64,000 bases of DNA from an uncultured Acidobacteriota bacterium (GTDB taxonomy: Bacteria > Acidobacteriota > Thermoanaerobaculia > Multivoradales > UBA5704): assembly GCA_963770895.1 (NCBI GenBank), contig CAVYRF010000002.1:3680001-3744000 (forward strand), written 5' to 3'. The position numbers were made by a program, and so were the translations under genes. Shown here one piece after another: positions 54,001 to 63,000 of the stretch. The notes below the pieces were generated by a model that made no database searches, was not told the origin of the DNA, and worked only from the letters and a program-made list of their open reading frames with translations. Position 1 is the first letter of the stretch, and each line of letters begins with the position of its first letter.

Positions 54001-57000
54001 ATCCTTGCCGCACTGCGCCAGGTCGGGCTGACGCTCGGGCCGCAGCAGTTCTTCCAGCATCAGACCGTGGCGGCGCTGGCGCTGGTGGCGGGTGAGCTGG
54101 CGCTGCCGTTTTCCGGCGCTGCCGGGGCCGGCGCCGCCGGGGTCGCAGGGGCCGACACGTCCGGCGCCTCTGGTGGGATGGCGGCGCCCGCGGGCACTGC
54201 TGCTGCGGCGCCGCTCCCCAGCTTGGGTGCCGCCGACCTGACGGCGCTGGGCCTGGCGCCGCAAACGATCGAAGACAGCTATCCGGTGTCGCCGATGCAG
54301 GCAGGCATGCTGTTCCACAGCGCCTACCACCCGCACGCGGGCGACTACGTGGAGCAGGTCACCTGGACCGTCGACGGGCACCTGGACGACGCGGCCTTCG
54401 CCGCCGCCTGGGCCTATGTGATCGCGCGCCACCCGGTGCTGCGCACCAGCTTCCCGGCGGGCGGCCAGGAGCCGCTGATGCAGGTCGTGCACCGCCGCGT
54501 CGAGGTGCCGCTCGAGCGCCGCCAGGTGGCGGCCGGAGCGCTCGACCGCTGGCTGGAAGTCGATCGTCGGCTGGGCTTCGACCCCGCCCGCGCACCGCTC
54601 ATGCGGTTGGTGGAGCTGATCGGAGATCCATTAGCGGGCGCGTCCGGCGGGACCGGCGCCAGCGATGCCGGCAGTGGCGGCGGTGCCAGTGCTGCTGGCG
54701 ACGCTGTTCATGCTGGCGATGCCGGTCTAGCTGTCGGCAAGGAGGGCGGCCGCCGGCGGTTCGTCTGGACCTACCATCACCTGCTGCTCGACGGCTGGTC
54801 GGCGGCGCTGGTCCTGGGCGAGGTGTTTGCCGCGTTTGCGGCCTTTGCCGCCGGCGAGCGGCCGCAGCTGCCGCCGGCGCCGCCCTACCGCGATTTCCTT
54901 GCCTGGCTGGCGCGCCAGAACCGCGAGGCGGCGGCAGCCTTCTGGCGGCGGACGCTGGCCGGCCTGCCGGCGCCGTCCCGCCAGGAAAGCACGGCGGTGA
55001 TCTCCGGCACCGTCGGCACCTTGGACGCCGGCGCCGGAGCTGGCTCCAGAGCAGCCGCCGAGGAGCGCTACCACAGCCGGCGTCTGGCGCTGGGGACAGA
55101 GGCGAGCGGGCGCCTGCGGTCCCTTGCCCGCCGCCACCGGTTGACGCTCAACAGCATCGTTTCGGGTGCCTGGGCGCTGCTCCTGGCGCGCCGCGGCGCG
55201 GGCGACGACGTGACCTTCGGCGGCATCGTGTCCGGACGCCCTCCCGAGCTGCCGGGCATCGAAGCGATGGTCGGCCTGCTCATCAACACCCTGCCGATGC
55301 GGGTGCGGGTGGAGGAGGACGCGCCGGCGCTCGCCTGGCTTGCCGGCGTGCAGGCGGCCCAGGTCGAGGCACGCGGCTTCGAGCACAGCTCGCTGGCCGA
55401 CATCCGCCAGTGGAGCGGCCTGCCGGCCGACCGGGCGCTGTTCGACAGCCTGCTGGCGTTCGAAAACCTCCCCGAGGGCGAGCTGCCGGCGGCCGGCGGC
55501 GGCGGCCCGGTGTTGGGCGGCGTCGGGCGCAGTCCAGGCCGCACCGGCCTGCCGCTGACGGTGGAGATCTTCCCGGGCGTGCCGCTGCTGATCGACGTGA
55601 CCGCCCAGGAGGCGCGCTGCGACCGGCCGCAGCTGGCCCGCCTGGCGCTGCAACTGGAACAGCTGCTGGTCGACCTCGGAGGGCTTGCCGGGCTGCCGGA
55701 AGCCGACGCCGCCGCGGCGCCGGTGGCGGCGCTGCGCTCGCTGCCCGCGGCCGAGCGCCACCTGCTGCTGCACGAATGGGGCGGCGGCGCGCCGCTCGCC
55801 ACGCGTCCCGAGATGGCCGCGGCCGCAGGCCGCTCGCTCGTCCACGAACGGAGCGCCGATGCGTCCCTCCCAGTACGTGCCGGTATCGCCGTGGGAGCCG
55901 GCGCGGCTCTGGTCAATACGCTCGGCGAGCGGTTCGCCAGTTGGGTCGCGCTCCGCCCGGATGCCGTCGCGGTGCACGACGGCGACCTTCGTCTCAGCTA
56001 TGGCGAGCTGGATCGTCAAGCCGGCCGCCTGGCCGCCGTGCTGGCCGCCCGCGGTATCGGTGGCGAGACGCGCGTCGCCGTCGCCCTGCCGCGCGGCACC
56101 CAGGCTGTCGTCGCGCTCCTGGCCATTCTGCGCGCCGGCGGTGCCTACGTGCCGCTCGACCGGGTGGCGCCGATCGAACGGCTGCTGTGGCTCCTGGAAG
56201 ACACAGGTGCGGCGGCCTTGATCGTGCCTGCCGCGGCGCCGGCATCGGTGCCGCCGGCGACGTCGCCATCGTTGTCGTCGGCTCCCCCGTCTCAGTCGTC
56301 GTTTCCGGCGATATCGTCCTCATCGCCGGAGTCGGCGCCGCCCGCACCAGCGCGGCGCCGCGGGGGGGAGGCTGCGTCGCTCGCGTCGCTTGCCACTCTC
56401 GCGTCGGCGCGTTGGCCCTCCCTGGCAGTCGTGGCGGTGGATGCAGCGGGCGATCTTGATGCTGCGGGCATGCAGGCTCAGTACGCCGCCGCACCCGCAC
56501 CCGCGCTCGGACGCGGGCTCGCGTCCGCGGATGCGCTCGCCTACGTGCTCTATACGTCGGGCTCGACGGGCGTGCCGAAGGGCGTCGCGGTGCCGCACGG
56601 CGCGGTGCTGCGGCTGATCGACGGCGACTGTGCCGCATTTTCTCCGGATGAAGTCTGGGCGCAGCTGGCGCCGCTCTCCTTCGACGCTGCGACGCTGGAG
56701 GTGTGGGGCGCCCTGCTGCACGGTGGCCGGCTGGAGGTGCTGCCCGACGAGGCGCTGTCGCCGCGTCTGCTGCCGGGGGCGCTCGCCTCCCGCGGCGTCA
56801 CCTCGCTGTGGCTAACCGCCGGCCTGTTCCAGCTGCTGGCGGAGGAGGCGCCGGAGTCCTTCGCAGGCTTGCGCCAGCTGCTCGTCGGCGGCGACGTGGT
56901 GGCCCCCGCCGCGGCGCGCGCCGTGCTGGCGGCCCATCCCCACCTGCGGCTGATCAACGGCTATGGGCCGACCGAGGGCACCACCTTCACCTGCTGCTGC

Positions 57001-60000
57001 CGGCTGGACGCGGCGGTGGCCGCGGCACCCGCGCTGCCGATCGGCCGGCCGATCGCCGGCACCCGCGTGCTGGTTGTAGACGAACGGCTGCGCCAGGTGC
57101 CCGTCGGCATCGCCGGCGAGCTCTGCGCCGGCGGCAGCGGCCTGGCGCGCGGCTATCTCGGCAGGCCCGATCTGACCGCGGCCAGCTTCATCCCCGACCC
57201 CGCGGGTGCCGGTGCCGCTGGCGGCGGCGCGGCGGGGGAGCGGCTGTACCGCACCGGCGACCGCGTGCGCTTCCGTCCCGACGGCACGCTCGCCTTCCTG
57301 GGCCGGCTCGACAGCCAGGTGAAGATCCGCGGCTTCCGCGTCGAGCCCTCGGAGGTCGAGGCCGTGCTGGCGGCGCATCCGCGGGTGGCGCAGGCGGCGG
57401 TCGTCGTCGCCGGTGCCGCGGGCGAGCGCCGCCTGGTCGCCTGGGTGGCGCCGGCCGGCGGCGCCGCCGCGCCGCCCCTCGATCCTGGCGAGCTTGCCGC
57501 CTGGCTGGGCGAGCGGCTGCCCGCCTACCTGGTGCCGGCGTCCATCATGGTGGCGGACGCGCTGCCGCTGACGGCGAACGGCAAGATCGATCGCCGCCGG
57601 CTGGCCGACCTGCCGGCGACGATGGCAACGACGGCGACCGCGGCGGCCGCAGGCGGTGCGGCGGCGGGCGAGCCGGCCGCGGCACCCGCGGCGGAACCGC
57701 CGGCCACCGCCACCGAGCGCCGGCTGGCGGAGATCTGGGCGCGGCTGCTGGGGGCGCCGGTCGGCGACCGCCGGGGCAACTTCTTCGCCCTGGGCGGGGA
57801 CTCCCTGGTCGCGTTGCGGGCGTCGGCACACCTGCGCGACGCGTTCCAGGCGGACGTGCCGCTCAGCCGCCTGTTCGAGCTGCCGGTCCTGGCCGACCTG
57901 GCGGCCTGGATCGACGGCGCCCAGGCGGCCGCGGGCGAAGATCGTGCCTCCGCGGGCGGCGCGGCGGGCGCGGCGGCGGCCGACACCGCGGATGTGTTGG
58001 TGCCGGTTTCGCGCGCCCAGCCGCTGCCGCTCTCCTTCGGCCAGCAGCAGCTGTGGCTGCTCGACCGGCTCACGCCGGAGCAGTCGCAATACAACGTCGC
58101 GGTGGCGGTCGAGCTGGCGGGGAACCTGGACGCCGGCGCTCTGGCGGCCGCGCTCCGCGGCGTCCTTGCCCGCCACGAGGCGCTCCGCACCCGCCTGGTG
58201 ACGCCGGACGGCGACGATGCCGGCGGCGAGCCGCACCAGGTGGTGATGCCGGCGGCGCCGCTGCCGCTGCCGCTGATCGACCTGGCGGCGCTGGCGCCCG
58301 CCGGCCGCGAGGGGGCCGCTGCCGGGGTGCGCGCCGCGGCCGAGGCGCGGCCCTTCGACCTGGCGAGCGCGCCCATGCTGCGCGCCACCCTGCTGCGCCT
58401 GGAGCCGGACCGCCACCTGCTGCTGCTTGTGGTGCACCACGTCGCGGCGGACGCCTGGTCGCTCGGCGTCCTGCTGCGCGACCTGGCGGCGCTATACCGC
58501 CCGTCCGCTGCGCCGCCGCCCGCGCTGTCGCAGCACCCGGCGGCGTCGCCGACTGCGTCGCTGCAGCATCAGGAACAGTCGCCGCCGCTGCCCGCGCTGC
58601 CGATCCAGTACGCCGATTTCGCCGCCTGGCAGCGCCGGCGCCTGCGCGGCGAACGCCTGGGCGCCCTGCTCGATTTCTGGCGCGAGCGCCTGGCGGCGGC
58701 GCCGCCGCCGCTGCCGCTGCCGCTCGACCGGCCGCGGCCGGCGCTGCGCTCGCCGGCGGGGGCGCTGCGGGCGCTGGCGCTGCCGCCCGACACCCTGGCG
58801 GCGCTGCGCCGGGTGGCCGAGCCGCACGGGGCGACGCTCTTCATGGCGCTTGCCGCCTGCTTCGCCACCCTGCTGCTGCGCGCGACCGGCGAAACCGACC
58901 TCGTGTTGGGCACCCCGGTCGCCAACCGCGGCCGCCAGGACCTGGAAGGGCTGATCGGCTACTTCGTCAACACCGTGGTGCTGCGCCTCGACCTGGCCGG
59001 CGACCCGCCGTTTGGCGAGCTGCTGGAGCGGGTGCGCGCCGCGGCCCTGGACGCCTTCGCCCACCAGGAGATGCCGTTCGAGCGCCTGGTCGAGGAGCTG
59101 GCGCCCGCGCGCGACCTGGCGCTGACGCCGATCTTCCAGGTGCTGTTCGCCTTGCAGAACGCACCGCTGCCGGCGGTGGAGCTGCCGGGCCTGCGCCTGA
59201 CGCCGCGGCCGGCGCTGGGCGGCACCGCCAAGTTCGACCTTTCGCTGACCGTCGAGCAGGACGTGGTGGGGCCGGCGGCGGTCGCCGAGTACGCCCGTGC
59301 CGTCTTCGATCCGCCGCGCATCGAGCGCCTGCTGGGTCACTTCGCCACGCTGGTCGAGGCGGCGGCGCAGGCGCCCGGCCAGCGCATCGGCGCGCTGCCG
59401 CTGCTGTCGCCGGCCGAGCGCCACCAGCTGGCGGTCGAGTGGAACGACACGCAGGGTGCCTACCCGCGCGACGCGACCCTGGACGGGCTGGTCCTCGCCC
59501 ACGCGGCGCGCGCCCCCGAGGCGCTGGCGGTGGTGCGCGGCGGCGGCGGCGCGGGCGCTGCCGAAGAGCGTTTGACCTACGGCGAGCTGGCCGCTCGCGC
59601 GGCGCGCCTGGCGCGGCAGCTGCGCGACCTGGGGCTGCGGCCGGGAGACCTGGTCGGGCTGGGCGCCGAGCGCTCGCTGGAAATGATCGTCGCGATGCTC
59701 GCCGTGCTGCTGGCGGGCGGCGCCTACGTGCCGCTCGACCCGGAGCAGCCCGAGGAGCGGCTGCGGTTCGTGATGGCCGACGCCGGCATCCGGCTGGTGC
59801 TCGCCCCCGCAAGCTGGCTGGCGGCGCGGCAGGCGAGCCTCGGCGATCACCGTTCGGTGCCGCTCGACGGCGTGGCCGCTCCGGCACCGGCCGGCGCCGC
59901 TGACACCGCGGCCAGGACCGCGGCTGAGGCCGCCGCGCCGCCACCCGCCGGCACCCTGCCCCTGTCGCCCGCCTACGTCATGTACACGTCGGGGTCGAGC

Positions 60001-63000
60001 GGCCGCCCCAAGGGTGCCGCGGTGCCGCACCGGGCGGTGGCGCGCCTGCTGCTGGGCAGCAACCTGGTGCGCTTGGCGCCCGGCGACAGGGTGGGCAACC
60101 TGTGCAATCCGGCGTTCGACGTCACCGTGTTCGAGATCTGGGGAGCGCTGCTCAACGGCGCCACGGTGGTGGTGATCGAGCCGGGCGAGACGCTGGCGCT
60201 CGGCGACCTGGCGGCGACGGTCGCGCGTCGCCGGATCGACGTGCTGTTCGTGCCGACCGCGCTGTTCAACCAGCTGGTCGAGCAGGAGCCGGAGGCCCTG
60301 GCGGCGTTGGGCGGCCTGCGCCAGCTGCTCATCGGCGGCGAAGCCGCCGACGCGGTGCGGGTGCGGCAGGCCCTGCCGGCGATGACGGGGCGGCTGGTCA
60401 ACGCCTACGGGCCGACCGAGGCGACGGTCTTCGCCTCCGCCTGGCGGCTGCTGGACGTCGCCGGCGACGCGGTGCCGATCGGACGGCCGCTGACCAACAC
60501 CCGGCTGCACGTGCTGGACGCGGCGGGAGAGGCGGTGCCGCTCGGCAGCGCCGGCGAGCTGTGCGTCGCGGGCGACGCCCTGGCCGCCGGCTACGTTGGG
60601 CGGCCCGACCTGACGGCGGAGCGGTTCGTGCCCGATCCCTTTGCCGGCCGCGCGGCGGGGGCGCGCGACGGTTGGAACGAGCCGGGCGGGCGCTTGTACC
60701 GCACCGGCGACCGGGCGCGCCTGCTGGCCGACGGCACCCTGCAGTACCTGGGGCGCCTGGACGCCCAGGTCAAGATCCGCGGCTTCCGCATCGAGCCGGG
60801 CGAAGTGGAGGCGGCGCTGATGCGGCATCCCTTGGTCGGCGCCGCGGCGGTGGGGGTGCGCGACGACCTGCCGGGTGGGCGCCAGCTGATCGCCTACGTC
60901 ACCGGCGAGGCGGTGAGCGCCGCCGAGCTGCGCTCCTTCCTCAAGGACAGCCTGCCCTCCTACATGGTCCCGGCTCATTTCGTGACGGTGCCGGCCCTGC
61001 CGCTGACCGCCAACGGCAAGCTGGACCGGGCGGTGCTGGCGCGCATCGCCGCGGTGCTGTCGCCCGCGGCCAGTGCCGCGGCGGCGGCGGGCAGCGGGCC
61101 GCCGCCGCGCGGCGTCCTCGAAGAGGAGATCGCCGCGGTGTGGCGCGAGGTGCTGGGCGTTGCGGCGGTCGGCCGCGACGACAACTTCTTCGACCTGGGC
61201 GGCCACTCGCTGCTGCTCGCCAAGGTGCACGCGCGGCTGCGCCACCGCCTGGCCGGCCTGGAAGCGCTGGACCTGTTCCGCTACCCGACGATCGCCGCGC
61301 TGGCCGCGCACCTGCTGCCGCCGCCGGCGGTCGGCACGGACGTCGGGGCGTCGGCGACGACGGGCTTGCCCTCCCTGCCCCCCCTGGCCGACTACCTGCG
61401 GGGAGCGCCGGTGCTGCCTGTCGCGGTGGGCGACGTCGCGGTCGTCGGCATGGCCGGCCGCTTTCCCGGCGCGGCATCGGTCGACGAGCTGTGGCGCAAC
61501 CTGATGGCCGGCGCACGGTCGATGCGGCAGCTGTCGGCGGCCGACCTGGACCGCGCCGGGGTACCGGCGGCGGAGCGCGGCGCCCCCGGCTACGTGCCGG
61601 TGGCGGCGACGCTCGACGCCATCGACCAGTTCGACGCCGCGTATTTCGGCCTGACGCCGCGCGAGGCGGCGGTGATGGACCCGCAGCAGCGGCTGCTGCT
61701 CGAGTGCGCGGTCGAAACGTTGCAGGACGCCGGCTACGAGCCGGCGAGCTGGCGCGGCCGCATCGGCATCTTCGCCGGCTCGGCGATGAACAGCTATTCC
61801 CTGCACGTGCTGGCGGCCGACCACGGCGCCAACGACCTGCAGGCGCGATTGGGGATCGAAAAGGACTTCCTCGCCTCGCGCGTCTCCTACCGGCTGGGGC
61901 TGGAGGGGCCGAGCATCGCGGTGCAGACGGCGTGCTCCACGTCGCTCGTGGCGGTCCACCTGGCCTGCCGGTCGCTGCTCGCCGGCGAGTGCGACCTGGC
62001 GCTGGCCGGCGGCATCGCGCTGCGCAATCTGTACGGCGAGGGCTACCTGCACGAGCCGGGCGGCGTGCTGTCGCCGGATGGCCACTGCCGGTCCTTCGAC
62101 GCCGCCGCCGCCGGCACCGTGGCCGGCGACGGCGTCGGACTGGTGGCGCTCAAGCGCCTGGCCGACGCGCTGGCCGACGGCGATACCATTTCCGCCGTGA
62201 TCAAGGGTTCGGCGGTCAACAACGACGGCGGCGGCAAGATCGGCTACACCGCCCCCGGCCATCGCGGCCAGGCGCGGGTGGTGCGGGACGCGCTGGCCGC
62301 CGCCGGCGTCGATCCGCGCACCGTGTCCTACGTCGAAGCGCACGGCACCGCCACGTCGCTCGGCGACCCTCTGGAGGTGGCCGCGCTCGCCGAGGCGTTC
62401 GCCGCCGGCGGCGCGGCCGGCGACGGCGCCGCCTGCGCGCTGGGGTCGCTGAAGAGCAACATCGGCCACTTGGACAGCGCGGCGGGCATCGCCGGCCTGA
62501 TCAAGACGGTGCTCGCGCTGCGCCACGGCGCCATCCCGCCGAGCCTGGATTTCACCCAGCCCAATCAGCGCATCCGCTTCGCCGGCACGCCGTTCCATGT
62601 CGCCACCGCGGCGATCGATCCCTGGGTCGGGCACGGCGGCGTGCGGCGCGCCGGCGTCAGCGCCTTCGGCATCGGCGGCACCAACGCGCACGTGATCCTG
62701 GAGCAGGCGCCGCCGGCGGCGGCGGCGGCCCCCGACGGCGGCAGCCAGCTGCTGCAGCTGGCGGCGCCGAGCGAAGCGGCGCTGGCGCGCACCGCGGCGG
62801 CCCTGGCCGACCACCTGGCGCGGAACCCCGGTCTGGAGCTGGCCGACGTCGCCTTCACCTTGCGCGTCGGCCGGCGCGCCGCCGCGCATCGCCTGGCCGT
62901 GGTGAGCGGCGACCGCGCCGCGGCGATCGCCGCCCTGCGCGGCCAGGACCCGGCCAGGCTGCTGCGCGGCACGACGCGACGCGAGCCGCCGGTCGCCCTG

